Positions 30,151-40,237 of a stretch of DNA of 64,000 bases are shown here, piece after piece. The first letter of the stretch is position 1. Each line of letters opens with the position of its first letter. A program made the position numbers and the translations under genes. The notes beneath the pieces were generated by a model, which saw nothing but the letters and a program-made list of their open reading frames with translations, did no database searches and had not been told where the DNA came from. Origin of the DNA: an uncultured Gammaproteobacteria bacterium (GTDB lineage Bacteria > Cyanobacteriota > Vampirovibrionia > 2-02-FULL-35-15); the NCBI GenBank assembly GCA_964602915.1, contig CAZRTB010000003.1, positions 146,809 to 210,808 of the forward strand. Direction: 5' to 3'.

Positions 30151-31569
30151 GTGTCAATATCTCGTTTAACAAAAATAATAGCAACTTTAGGTCCATCCTC
30201 ATGGGATCCTAAAACCATTGAGAGTTTAATAAATGCAGGAACAAATGTATTTAGAATAAACTGTTCACACTCTAATATAGATAGCAGAACTGAGCTAATT
30301 AAAACAATTAGAGACATTGCAGGTAAGCTAAATAAAAGAATTGGGATTTTGCTTGATCTTCAAGGTCCAAAAATAAGAGTTGGAAAGTTAACCAATGACC
30401 AGATTACAATCTCTGAGAAGAAAAGACTAATTATTACATCTGAAGAAGTAATTGGCACTGAAGAAAAGTTTCAGGTCGTAAATATAGATGAAATCATAGA
30501 TGATTTAAAAGAAGGTCACAGACTACTTTTAGATGATGGACTATTTGAATTAAAGTTTTTAAAAAAAGTTGATACTAAAAACATTGAATGTGAAGTGGTT
30601 TTTGGTGGAGTATTAAAAAACGGCAAAGGAGTCAACTTCCCAGATTCAGATTTAAAGAATATCAAAGCACTAACAGACAAGGATCTTAGAGACTTAAAGC
30701 ATGGATTAGAAAACAATGTTTCACTTATTGCACTTTCTTTTATAAGATCAGCAAAAGATATAGAACTAATTAAGAGTTATATACCAAAAGAATCAATGGT
30801 GAAAATCATTGCAAAGATTGAAAAGCCACAAGCATTAACTGATCTGGATAGAATCTTAGAAGTAGTCGATGGAATTATGGTGGCTCGTGGTGACTTAGGA
30901 GTGGAGATCCCATACGAAAAACTCCCTGCTATCCAGAAAAAAATTATACAAAGCGCTAACAATAAAAATGTTCTAGTAATTACTGCCACTCAAATGCTAG
31001 AATCCATGATTAATTCCCCCAGACCAACAAGAGCAGAAGTTACAGACGTTGCAAATGCTATATTTGATGGTACAGATGCAATCATGCTTTCAGGTGAAAC
31101 AGCTTCTGGTAAGTACCCAGTCCTATCTGTAAAAACAATGCATAAAATTGCACTTGAAGCAGAAACAGTAGCACCAAGGATTAGGCATGATGGATTTTCT
31201 GTTCAGGAAAATCTTGCAAGAAGTGCATGTGAACTTGCAGACAGAGTAAAAGCCACAGCAATAGTATCTTTTACACTTTCAGGTAAAACTGCTATTCTAG
31301 CCTCTAAACAAAGACCACCAGTAAAAGTAATTGCTCTAACTCAAAAAGAAGTTGTCAGCGGACAACTAAGCTTATACTGGGGAATAACACCTTTATTAAT
31401 GACTGATGTTTCTGATACTGAAACTATGATGAAGCTTGTAGAAAAAGCTCTTTCAGACAATGATCTTGTTAAAAAAGATGACATTATTATAGTCACTGGT
31501 GGCTTACCAATTTCAGCTCGTGGTGAAAGTAATTTTATGAAGATTCACAGGTGTGAAGGGAAATTTTAA
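30151..31569 (+). CDS. pyk: Pyruvate kinase
   Basis: TKIIATLGP, DLQGPKIR, MVARGDLG, ATQMLESM, MLSGETA; GTG start with AGGAG. Confidence 0.98.
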   Translation: MSISRLTKIIATLGPSSWDPKTIESLINAGTNVFRINCSHSNIDSRTELIKTIRDIAGKLNKRIGILLDLQGPKIRVGKLTNDQITISEKKRLIITSEEVIGTEEKFQVVNIDEIIDDLKEGHRLLLDDGLFELKFLKKVDTKNIECEVVFGGVLKNGKGVNFPDSDLKNIKALTDKDLRDLKHGLENNVSLIALSFIRSAKDIELIKSYIPKESMVKIIAKIEKPQALTDLDRILEVVDGIMVARGDLGVEIPYEKLPAIQKKIIQSANNKNVLVITATQMLESMINSPRPTRAEVTDVANAIFDGTDAIMLSGETASGKYPVLSVKTMHKIALEAETVAPRIRHDGFSVQENLARSACELADRVKATAIVSFTLSGKTAILASKQRPPVKVIALTQKEVVSGQLSLYWGITPLLMTDVSDTETMMKLVEKALSDNDLVKKDDIIIVTGGLPISARGESNFMKIHRCEGKF

Positions 31570-31572
31570 TTC

Positions 31573-32562
31573 TTATAATAAGTTCTTCCCTCTATAGAAT
31601 GCTATAGATTTTTTAATTGTTTCCTTAAATGAAATTACTGGCATTTTTAACTCTCTAATTGCTTTTGAGCTATCATAATATATTTTAGGTCCAAAAAGAT
31701 TTAACTGAGAGATAGATGGTTTCGGTTTTATAGGAAGAATTAGAGCAAGTGCTTCCTGAAAATATGTATACGCAACAACTGGATGTTTCGATATTTTAAT
31801 AAAAGGTTTTATCGAGCCGAGTTCTTCAGCAATCATAGAAATGAACTCTTTTATTTCCAGATTTTCTCCACCTAAAATAAAACGATCACCAGATTTTCCT
31901 ATTTCCAGAGCATTCAAAGTAGCTTCACAAACAGCTTCTACATCTACGAAGTTAGTACCAGCATCTATGTAAAATGGAAATCCAAGCTTAATAACTTTTA
32001 AAACTGGTGCTCTTCTTCCTCTAATATCTCCAATTCCCCAAACATTAGCAGGATTTACCATTACTGCATTTAATCCTTTTTTTATTCCTTCATAGACTTC
32101 TTTTTCAGCCTCATGTTTAGTTTCCATATAAACAATTTTAGGGTTTAATTTATTCCAGTTGTATTCAATATCTTCATTTACAGCTTCACCATTTTCTCCA
32201 TATCCAACAGCCGCAACTGAACTAACATGAATAAATCTTTTACAACCAGCTTTTAATGCAGTATTCACAACATTTCTTGTACCAATTACATTAATTTTAT
32301 GAATCTTATTCCATTCACGATTCCAGAAAGATATCAGTGCCGCATCATGGATAAATATTTCACAATCATTCACTTCTTTCTCAAAGGTCTCTGGCTCAGT
32401 TATATCTCCATAAACAATCTCTACTTTATCTTTCCAAGGATGTAAGTCAATTAACTTCTTACTTCTAGCTAAGATTTTTACTTTAAAGCCTCTTTTTAAA
32501 AGACCAGAAACAAGATTTCCACCAATAAATCCTGTAGCTCCAGTAATAAAAACTTTAGACAT
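31573..32562 (-). CDS. NAD-dependent epimerase/dehydratase (dihydroflavonol reductase/HpnA-like)
   Basis: ITGATGFIG, HVSS, YMETK; start placed at MSKVFITG (track extends to 32610). Confidence 0.9.
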   Translation of the reverse strand: MSKVFITGATGFIGGNLVSGLLKRGFKVKILARSKKLIDLHPWKDKVEIVYGDITEPETFEKEVNDCEIFIHDAALISFWNREWNKIHKINVIGTRNVVNTALKAGCKRFIHVSSVAAVGYGENGEAVNEDIEYNWNKLNPKIVYMETKHEAEKEVYEGIKKGLNAVMVNPANVWGIGDIRGRRAPVLKVIKLGFPFYIDAGTNFVDVEAVCEATLNALEIGKSGDRFILGGENLEIKEFISMIAEELGSIKPFIKISKHPVVAYTYFQEALALILPIKPKPSISQLNLFGPKIYYDSSKAIRELKMPVISFKETIKKSIAFYRGKNLL

Positions 32563-32578
32563 ATTATTTATTATACGA

Positions 32579-33424
32579 TTAAAAAAGTTTTTCCATAAGT
32601 AAAAAAACAAAAAATCCTACACTTACCCATCCATTTAGTGTAAAAAAAGCTAAGTCTACTTTGCTTAAATCATTTTCTTTAACAAGGCTTTGTTCATAAA
32701 AAAGCATAACTGAAACAAAAGCTATACCAATAAAATAAAAAAATGAACCATTAATAACTAATCCAAGAAAAATTAAAAGCATTACTGTAATTAAATGAAA
32801 GATTCTAGAGAATAAAAGAGCATTTTTAATCCCGAATTTAGATGGAATGCTATGAAGATTGTTTTTTTTATCAAAATCAAAATCCTGACATGCATAGATG
32901 ATGTCAAATCCAGAAACCCAAAATGCTACTGCCATTCCTAATATATAAGGAATCTGCGAAGTAACACTTCCTCCACATGCAATAAACCCTCCCAGCACTG
33001 ATCCACCAAGCGCAATACCAAGCCAAATATGTGCAAGCCATGTAAATCTTTTAGTAAATGGATAAATAAAAAACCATATAATAGCAACAGGAAAAAGATA
33101 TAAACAAACTCTGGGGAGCTGAAATGCAGAAAATAAAAATATGAGGAGAAAAATTACAGAGAAAGTAATTGCTTGATTGTTTGAAATTAACCCAGATGGG
33201 ATTTCACGATTTTTAGTTCGAGGATTTTTATTATCAATATCCTTATCAATGATTCTGTTTATGCTCATAGCAAATGATCTGCCACCCACCATAGCTAAAA
33301 CAATCCAAAAAATAGTAATGAGTTCAGGAAGTCCTTTATCTTTAACAAGCAAAGCACCTGAAAATGCAAATGGAAGAGCAAAAATAGAATGTTCAAATTT
33401 TATAAAACTAAAGTATTTTTTCAT
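32579..33424 (-). CDS. UbiA-like polyprenyltransferase (MqnP type)
   Basis: IKFEHSIFALPFA, NRIIDKDID..NPRT..REIPSG, GFDIIYACQD; start placed at MKKYF (track extends to 33484). Confidence 0.9.
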   Translation of the reverse strand: MKKYFSFIKFEHSIFALPFAFSGALLVKDKGLPELITIFWIVLAMVGGRSFAMSINRIIDKDIDNKNPRTKNREIPSGLISNNQAITFSVIFLLIFLFSAFQLPRVCLYLFPVAIIWFFIYPFTKRFTWLAHIWLGIALGGSVLGGFIACGGSVTSQIPYILGMAVAFWVSGFDIIYACQDFDFDKKNNLHSIPSKFGIKNALLFSRIFHLITVMLLIFLGLVINGSFFYFIGIAFVSVMLFYEQSLVKENDLSKVDLAFFTLNGWVSVGFFVFLLMEKLF

Positions 33425-33478
33425 TAAATAGATTTTAGCGCAAACCATTAGATTAATAAAACTCTTGACTACAGATGG

Positions 33479-33578
33479 TGTCATTGCGAGCCGAATAAAA
33501 TGAGGCGTGGCAATCTAGCGAACAATTAAATAATTCAATTACTAGATTGCTTCGTCACTTACGCTCCTCGCAATGACA
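33479..33578. repeat. REP-like palindromic element, 100 bp
   Basis: TGTCATTGCGAG...GCAATCTAG-spacer-CTAGATTGC...CTCGCAATGACA nested inverted repeats. Confidence 0.85.
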
Positions 33579-33654
33579 TACCAATGATTTTTCACTGTGG
33601 TATCATTTTTTTATCTAGAGGAATTTACATGGTTGATAGAGGAAAGAATAATCC

Positions 33655-33756
33655 ATGAATTTATCTTATTTACTAATATCACTTGTTTTTATACATGCTT
33701 TAGGTACTGTGTATTTCTTTTACTTTATAGTAGGTAAAAAAGAGAAAGAAAGTTAA
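33655..33756 (+). CDS. Putative 33-aa single-TM protein (not in track)
   Basis: MNLSYLLISLVFIHALGTVYFFYFIVGKKEKES; AGAGGA upstream. Confidence 0.4.
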   Translation: MNLSYLLISLVFIHALGTVYFFYFIVGKKEKES

Positions 33757-33941
33757 CCTTTGAAAAGTGAAAAGGTTAAGAACTTAAACTATTCCTATTA
33801 AAAGAATTTAATATTTTTTCACTTAACCAATTAGGTAAAATAGTCCTATTTTTGATATTTTTGATCAAGTCTTAAGAAATTACCTCTTTCTATCATTGAC
33901 TTTTAATAGTTAAATTGGTTAATGTTGGGTTAAGAGGTTTT

Positions 33942-36155
33942 ATGTTACCTAGTTTAGGTCAAGTAAGAGAAGGTGTTGGTTTCGCTGGTAGATTGCTTAA
34001 CTCACCAATTGTAGAAGGTGTAGTTAGCTATGCTGGCATACCACTTCCTAAAATCGGAGCTGACATAAAAAAAACCCGCAGTGAAGAGGCATTAAAAGAC
34101 CCGACTAAAACACCTAAAGGAATTGTTAATTGGATAAGAGAAAGAGTTCTGACCTATGGAGTTGTTGCTGGAGTTATCACAGGAATTGGCTCAGCTATAT
34201 GTGGAAGACTTTATATTAGTAATCCTGAAGGAAATGGAAGAATCGGCTGGCTTGGAAGTGTACTTAAACTATTTTCACTAGGTAGTATAGCTTCATCAAT
34301 GTTTTCACAATACAAGGGTTGGTATGTAAAAAAAGTAAATGGCGAGCTTGCGTGGCAAAGGTATGTCCTCGGTGGAAAAATCCCTGATCTCATGAAAGAT
34401 CCAGACATGAGTGAATTAAAGAAACATCATGAGACCGTACACCTTTTAAGATATAATCCACAGGAAACTACAGATATTACAAGAGTAGAAAACGATATCA
34501 AACAAGGAAAAAGAGTTAAAGCATTTTTCATAGGTGGTTCAGGTACTGGGAAAACTCATACCATGGATCACGATGCAATGCTAATAAAACTCTATGAAGA
34601 AGGTAAGGCAGAGAGCGAAAAGAAAAAAGAAGTAGTATTAAAAACTATTTCAGGAGGAAAGCTTACTGATGCAGTAGTCGGCAGAGGCTTAGCTGGTCAA
34701 GTATTAGACACTGCAAAACAATTAAATCCAGAGTTAGCACAGCTTGGCGAACAAGCAATGGGACTCTTAAAAGACAATCCTCAAGCCGCACTTCAAACAG
34801 CTATTGCAGGAATGATAGATGAAGCTGAAAAAGCTAAAGAAAAAGGTCAAAGACTAGTAATTTTAATCGATGAAATGGACAAAATCTGGAAAATGGCCGT
34901 GAAAGATGGAAACATAGATCTTAGTATGATTGGGCTTCTTGCAACACAATTCCAAAGACTTCTTGAATACCCAGACTTAGATATTCTCATCACGGGGAAT
35001 GGAACAATTAGAGAAATGTGCTTTCTTGACGAACTCAAAAAAGCTGGTGTTAAAGATGATCAAATTCCTACAGAGTTAATAGGTTTAGAACAAAGACTAA
35101 CTAAAATTAGAGTTCACATGTCTGAACCTACATTTGAAACACAATCAAAAATCATTGCATCCAGACTGATCGAACTTCAAAGCAAATTAAATAAACCTTA
35201 TGAAGAATTTATTGACTCTATTATATTGAATAGATTAAAAACTTCACTAGGAATAGAACAAGCTACAGCACTTACAGTTAGTGACGAAAACAAAACCCAG
35301 GTAGAAACGAAACTAGCTGAAATTATATATAATGATCTCTATGGAAGATTCAGTAACATTGATTACGATAACAGTGAGAAAGAATCTCTCTACTTAAAAT
35401 CTGATCCTGAGTTATATGTAGAAGGCAGAGTATTTCAAGGTTTTAGCGGAAGATTAATAAGCGATGCAATAATGGAGAAATATTGCTCAGATATTACTTC
35501 TGCGTCAGCGAAAGGACAAGATAAATCAAAAATCACAATATCTGGACTTAGACAATATGCATTAGACATTCTTAAAGAAAGAGCAAATGCACTAGGTCAA
35601 ACCTATGGTCCACATCTTAATGCTTTTAGACAACAAAGATATGCACAAGAAATTTCAGACAGTGAGAGAAAAGAAAAATTAAAACAAGCAGAAGATCTAG
35701 ACTCTATAAAAAGTCTAAGACAAAAATGCGAAGAAATATCTTCTAAAATTAGTGAACGCTCTATTCATCTTTCTGAAGAGCAAATCGAATTTATAACTCA
35801 AGTAATAACTTTCCTTGGACCAGAAAGTATTTTAAAGCTCGCTATTAATGAAATCAATCTTCATGCTAATCAATTTTTAAAACTCTGGGATATCAAAATG
35901 ATAGATAAAACTGAAGCTAAGCAACAATCAGTTTTGCCAGAAGGCTCATCGAGAAAAGTTTTAAGAGAAAGACTAGCTCAATTAACTAATGAAGAGTATG
36001 AAACACTTACAAGTAAAATAGATCGTGATTCACTAATGTCAATAGTAAGGTCTATATCAGATGAAACAATATCTAGAGAAATAGATCCAAACAATGCAGA
36101 GATAATCGCAAGAGCAAATTTAGCAACTATAAATAAAGCTCTAAGAACTACATAG
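33942..36155 (+). CDS. Orphan membrane-anchored AAA+ ATPase
   Basis: Walker A GGSGTGKT, Walker B LVILIDEMD, sensor-like ITGN, two N-terminal hydrophobic segments; ATG 33942 has AAGAGG (track start 33915). Confidence 0.8.
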   Translation: MLPSLGQVREGVGFAGRLLNSPIVEGVVSYAGIPLPKIGADIKKTRSEEALKDPTKTPKGIVNWIRERVLTYGVVAGVITGIGSAICGRLYISNPEGNGRIGWLGSVLKLFSLGSIASSMFSQYKGWYVKKVNGELAWQRYVLGGKIPDLMKDPDMSELKKHHETVHLLRYNPQETTDITRVENDIKQGKRVKAFFIGGSGTGKTHTMDHDAMLIKLYEEGKAESEKKKEVVLKTISGGKLTDAVVGRGLAGQVLDTAKQLNPELAQLGEQAMGLLKDNPQAALQTAIAGMIDEAEKAKEKGQRLVILIDEMDKIWKMAVKDGNIDLSMIGLLATQFQRLLEYPDLDILITGNGTIREMCFLDELKKAGVKDDQIPTELIGLEQRLTKIRVHMSEPTFETQSKIIASRLIELQSKLNKPYEEFIDSIILNRLKTSLGIEQATALTVSDENKTQVETKLAEIIYNDLYGRFSNIDYDNSEKESLYLKSDPELYVEGRVFQGFSGRLISDAIMEKYCSDITSASAKGQDKSKITISGLRQYALDILKERANALGQTYGPHLNAFRQQRYAQEISDSERKEKLKQAEDLDSIKSLRQKCEEISSKISERSIHLSEEQIEFITQVITFLGPESILKLAINEINLHANQFLKLWDIKMIDKTEAKQQSVLPEGSSRKVLRERLAQLTNEEYETLTSKIDRDSLMSIVRSISDETISREIDPNNAEIIARANLATINKALRTT

Positions 36156-36244
36156 GTTTTTAAACTCAATGTTCTCCGTAGGTCCAATGTCCCAATTATC
36201 TTTAAATAAATTCTAAAATTAAAATTAAACTTTTAAAAAACTCT

Positions 36245-36271
36245 TAAATTCTGTACTTTTTTTTGCGATTA
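36245..36271 (+). promoter_or_regulatory. Sigma28-like promoter TAAA-N15-TGCGATTA
   Basis: Correct 15-nt spacing, 5 of 8 match at -10. Confidence 0.3.
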
Positions 36272-36391
36272 TAAAAGAAAAGGAATCTGTCCATACTGGA
36301 AAATTATGATGGTTAGATATAAAATAAATACAATTGCAAAATTAAGAATATTTCTAAAAGTAAAAAGGGAAACTAGGATAAAAATTTAAAA

Positions 36392-37402
36392 ATGAGCACA
36401 GTAACTGTTGTAAAAAATAACAGATTGAATCCAGTATTATCTTTTCTTGGGAAAAAGTTATATCGTCCTGTTGATTTTTTAAACACCAAAACTGTAGCAG
36501 GAAATAACAGGTTAACAAGCTCAGAAAAACTAATAAGAACAGCTTTAGGTACTCCTGGAAGAGTAATAGGGACCTTAAGTGGAGCAGGTGCTTTTATAAC
36601 AGGAATTAAAAAGCTCTATGATACTTTAAGAGGAAATGTAGAAACATCTTTATTAGATATAGTAAAGAATTGGTCACCAACAATACTTCTTACACTACTT
36701 TCAGGAAGTACACTAGCCTCAAGTAAATATGCAGAAGGAATAAGCGAATTAACCCCTTCAGTAAGAACAAAAGATAGAGGGTTTGTTCTAGGTGTTATGA
36801 AACACTTTTATAACGCTTTAAAAATAAAAAGAAATACTGACTTAATTCCTTCTACTGGTTTTAGTTCAGAAAGAGCTGAATTTGATAGCTATAAAAACTT
36901 CACTGAGTCTCTGACTAATGCCAGGAACATGAACGGTGAATTTAAAGAATCTTTTATCAAAACAATGTTTGACTATGGATATAAAATAGATTTCAATAAA
37001 GCTACAAATGATATTACTTTTACATCTGTACATAAGAATGAAAATTGTCATTTCTCAAATGTAATCTTAGATGAAAGTACAGGTTCTGTTTATGGGATTA
37101 AATTAGTTACTAAAATTGATCATTTAGTTGAATTGCCTGATAATAAACAAAGTCACGAAAAAAACTTTAATCTTTATATTATTTCAAAACAAGCTAATGA
37201 GCCTGACAGCGCATTTAATGAAGTGACACCAGCGATAAAGCTCAGTAGCTTAGATATTTATAGACTTATTAACCATTTAGGAGGTAATCCTAATGAAGAT
37301 TTCCCAAATAATGATGTCTCTGAAGGGGACAAAACACCTGATCTTGAAGAGGATGATGTGCTGAACAATATTCTACCTTTTGCGACCGGAACTGCTAGTT
37401 AA
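36392..37402 (+). CDS. Hypothetical protein with two hydrophobic segments and acidic tail
   Basis: 336-aa ORF; no recognised family. Confidence 0.8.
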   Translation: MSTVTVVKNNRLNPVLSFLGKKLYRPVDFLNTKTVAGNNRLTSSEKLIRTALGTPGRVIGTLSGAGAFITGIKKLYDTLRGNVETSLLDIVKNWSPTILLTLLSGSTLASSKYAEGISELTPSVRTKDRGFVLGVMKHFYNALKIKRNTDLIPSTGFSSERAEFDSYKNFTESLTNARNMNGEFKESFIKTMFDYGYKIDFNKATNDITFTSVHKNENCHFSNVILDESTGSVYGIKLVTKIDHLVELPDNKQSHEKNFNLYIISKQANEPDSAFNEVTPAIKLSSLDIYRLINHLGGNPNEDFPNNDVSEGDKTPDLEEDDVLNNILPFATGTAS

Positions 37403-37571
37403 AAAATTTATTTTTATATAGACTAAATAAGATAATACATCAATCTTTATTTAAGCTAGCACAGAGATATTTATATACATCTTATATATTAGGTAATTCT
37501 AGATAAATTTAATATTAAAAAAATTACCAGATATAATAATTATAGTATTATAAATTAGTAGAGAAAATCTT

Positions 37572-37751
37572 ATGAATAGAATAACTCCACTAAAAACAAA
37601 ACCACCAGATGCAAATATCCTACGGGTATTACAAATAATGGCTAATGCTAAAGAAGCATTTGAACAAGCTAAATCAGTAACTAAGTCTGCGACTGAGAGA
37701 CCCAAATTTTCAGTAACAGGGTTTTTACTTAACAGTGCAGGAAAGAACTAG
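37572..37751 (+). CDS. Putative 59-aa protein (not in track)
   Basis: MNRITPLKTKPPDANILRVLQIMANAKEAFEQAKSVTKSATERPKFSVTGFLLNSAGKN; TATAAT upstream. Confidence 0.5.
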   Translation: MNRITPLKTKPPDANILRVLQIMANAKEAFEQAKSVTKSATERPKFSVTGFLLNSAGKN

Positions 37752-37814
37752 CTAATTAAGTTTGAATTTTAAATGTTTTAGTTTAATTAGAGAGACCCTT
37801 TAAAGAGGATAAAT

Positions 37815-38840
37815 ATGATTATTATAATGGAGCCAGAATCAAGTGATAAGCAGATAGATCATGTTATTAACTATATTGAAAACCTTGGTATGAAAACCAT
37901 AGTAAATAAAGGTGTTATTCAAACAGTTATAGCGGCTATAGGTGAAACAAACAAATACTCAACTGAACAATTTGAAGCTCTTGATGGCGTAAGAAAAGTT
38001 GAAAGAATTCAAGTACCATTTAAGTTAGCTAGTAGAGATAGTCACCATGCTGATACTATTGTTACAGTAAGAGGAAATATAAAAATTGGTGGTAATAATC
38101 CCCCTGTAATTATTGCTGGTCCATGTAGTGTAGAAAATCAGGAGAACCTTACCGCAATCGCTAAAGTAGCAAAAGAATGTGGAGCAAAGATTATTCGTGG
38201 TGGTGCTTTTAAACCTAGAACTGGTCCAAGAATGTTTGAAGGATTAGGAAAACTTGGTCTTGAATATTTAGATGTAGCAAGAAAAGAAACAGGATTAGCT
38301 GTAGTAACTGAAATTATGGATGCAAGAGACCTGGATATGGTAGCTGAATTTACAGATATTCTTCAGGTAGGTGCTAGAAATATGCAAAATTTCACATTAC
38401 TAAATGAAATTGGAAAAACAAACAAACCTGTTTTGCTTAAAAGGGGTTTATCAGCAACTATCGATGAATGGTTATTAGCAGCAGAAAGAATATTAGATAA
38501 AGGAAACACACAGGTAATTATGTGTGAAAGAGGCATAAGAACTTTTGATTCAAAATATACTAGAAACACTGCAGATATAGCGGCTATTCCAGTTATTAAA
38601 AGACTCTCACACTTACCTATTATTTTTGATCCTAGTCATGCAGTAGGAAAGTGGAATCTTGTAAATCCTATTTCATTAGCGGCTTTAGTAGCTGGTGCAA
38701 ATGGATTAATTGTAGAAGTGCATCCAGATCCAGAAAAAGCACTTTCAGACGGTCCTCAGACACTGAATTTTGATAACTTTAGAAAGCTTACAAAAGACAT
38801 TGAAAGACTAATGAAAGTCATTAATCCCGTTAACGTTTAG
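37815..38840 (+). CDS. aroF: DAHP synthase type I-beta with N-terminal regulatory domain
   Basis: IAGPCSVE, RGGAFKPRT, QVGARNMQNF, CERGIRTF, DPSH. Confidence 0.96.
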   Translation: MIIIMEPESSDKQIDHVINYIENLGMKTIVNKGVIQTVIAAIGETNKYSTEQFEALDGVRKVERIQVPFKLASRDSHHADTIVTVRGNIKIGGNNPPVIIAGPCSVENQENLTAIAKVAKECGAKIIRGGAFKPRTGPRMFEGLGKLGLEYLDVARKETGLAVVTEIMDARDLDMVAEFTDILQVGARNMQNFTLLNEIGKTNKPVLLKRGLSATIDEWLLAAERILDKGNTQVIMCERGIRTFDSKYTRNTADIAAIPVIKRLSHLPIIFDPSHAVGKWNLVNPISLAALVAGANGLIVEVHPDPEKALSDGPQTLNFDNFRKLTKDIERLMKVINPVNV

Positions 38841-39258
38841 TTCTTTTCTTTTTAACTGATACTTTCTTCTTAGATCTTTTCTTAGTAGAAGCCTTAGGCT
38901 TTGATGCCGAAACTGCTTCCTCCTTAATAGGTAACGATCCAAGGATTAAACCTTTAAGATTATCAAAAAGACTTTTACTATTTTGCTTTAATTCCTTAGT
39001 AATTTTTTTCTTTTCTTCTTCTGAGCGTTTGTGAATTTGTTTAACTAAATCTTTTGTTTCTTTAGCTTTTAATTCACCTTTTTTTTCTAATTCTTCGATT
39101 AAATCACTTAAGATATTTTGAATATCATCATAAATTCCTATAATTGCTTTTTTTATAAGCTCTCTTGAAGTAGTTACTCCTATTCCAGCAAGTAAAGCCT
39201 TCTGCAACAACTTTTTATTGTCCCCATGTTTTAAAACTCCATTACCTTCCATAATCAC
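38830..39258 (-). CDS. Phasin-family-like protein with Lys-rich tail
   Basis: KALLAGIG......ELEKKGEL...E pattern; KPKASTKKRSKKK tail. Confidence 0.65.
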   Translation of the reverse strand: MIMEGNGVLKHGDNKKLLQKALLAGIGVTTSRELIKKAIIGIYDDIQNILSDLIEELEKKGELKAKETKDLVKQIHKRSEEEKKKITKELKQNSKSLFDNLKGLILGSLPIKEEAVSASKPKASTKKRSKKKVSVKKKRTKR

Positions 39259-39271
39259 CTCTCCTCTAGAT

Positions 39272-40045
39272 TTAAGACTTTTCTTCTTTTTTTACCATAT
39301 CCCATAAACCATTTAATTCATGCGGTGATACATCTTTGACTTCTTTTGACAAAGAATGAACTTTGTCTTTCACTTTATTGTACCTTTTAATGAATTTTTT
39401 TATGCCGAAATTTAAAGTTTCTTCAGGCTCAATTTTATACCATCTTGCTAAGTTACAAATCATAAATAATAAATCGCCAAATTCTTCTATTTTCTCCTCT
39501 TTATTTTCTGATTTTAAAGATTCTTTAAATTCCTTTAATTCACTGTCAAAAGCTGACCATAACTGGCTCTCGCTTTCCCATTCAAAACCTTCTTTAGCCG
39601 CTTTCTTTGATACTTTATATGCTTTTAAAAGTGCTGGCAATGAATTAGGGATACCATCAAAGATATCCTTTCTTTCAGGCTTTTCCCTCTTCTTTAACTC
39701 TTCCCAATTTTTTAAAACCTCAGTAGAGTCCTTCACTTTCACATCTCCAAATACATGAGGATGACGTGAAATCATTTTTTCATTGATAAATTTTGCTACA
39801 TCATGGATATTAAAGCGTTTTTCCTCTTCTGCAATTTGAGCATGTAAAACTACCTGAAGTAAAACATCACCAAGTTCTTCCATTAACTCTTTAGAACTGC
39901 CGCTATCAATAGCATCAACAGTCTCATAAGTTTCTTCAATTAAATATCTCTTTAAACTTTTATGATCCTGCTCTCTATCCCACGGACACCCGTCAGGAGC
40001 TCTTAACTTTGCAACTGTTTTTATAAACTCTTCAAGATCTTTCAT
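39272..40045 (-). CDS. mazG: Nucleoside triphosphate pyrophosphohydrolase
   Basis: GCPWDREQ, EETYE, EELGDVLLQVV, RHPHVF. Confidence 0.97.
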   Translation of the reverse strand: MKDLEEFIKTVAKLRAPDGCPWDREQDHKSLKRYLIEETYETVDAIDSGSSKELMEELGDVLLQVVLHAQIAEEEKRFNIHDVAKFINEKMISRHPHVFGDVKVKDSTEVLKNWEELKKREKPERKDIFDGIPNSLPALLKAYKVSKKAAKEGFEWESESQLWSAFDSELKEFKESLKSENKEEKIEEFGDLLFMICNLARWYKIEPEETLNFGIKKFIKRYNKVKDKVHSLSKEVKDVSPHELNGLWDMVKKEEKS

Positions 40046-40237
40046 TTTTATAGCTCTTTGGGGATAAACATATATTTTCTAAACAATTTAATTTTCTCAT
40101 TAAAAAGACTAAATTCAAGGTGAAATTCAGTCTTTTTGTTATTAAAATTTGATAAAAGCATCAATTGCTTTAACTTATCATAACCTAATAAGTTTATCCT
40201 ACTAACTAAGCCAAAGAGCTTGTTATAGGATTTCATT

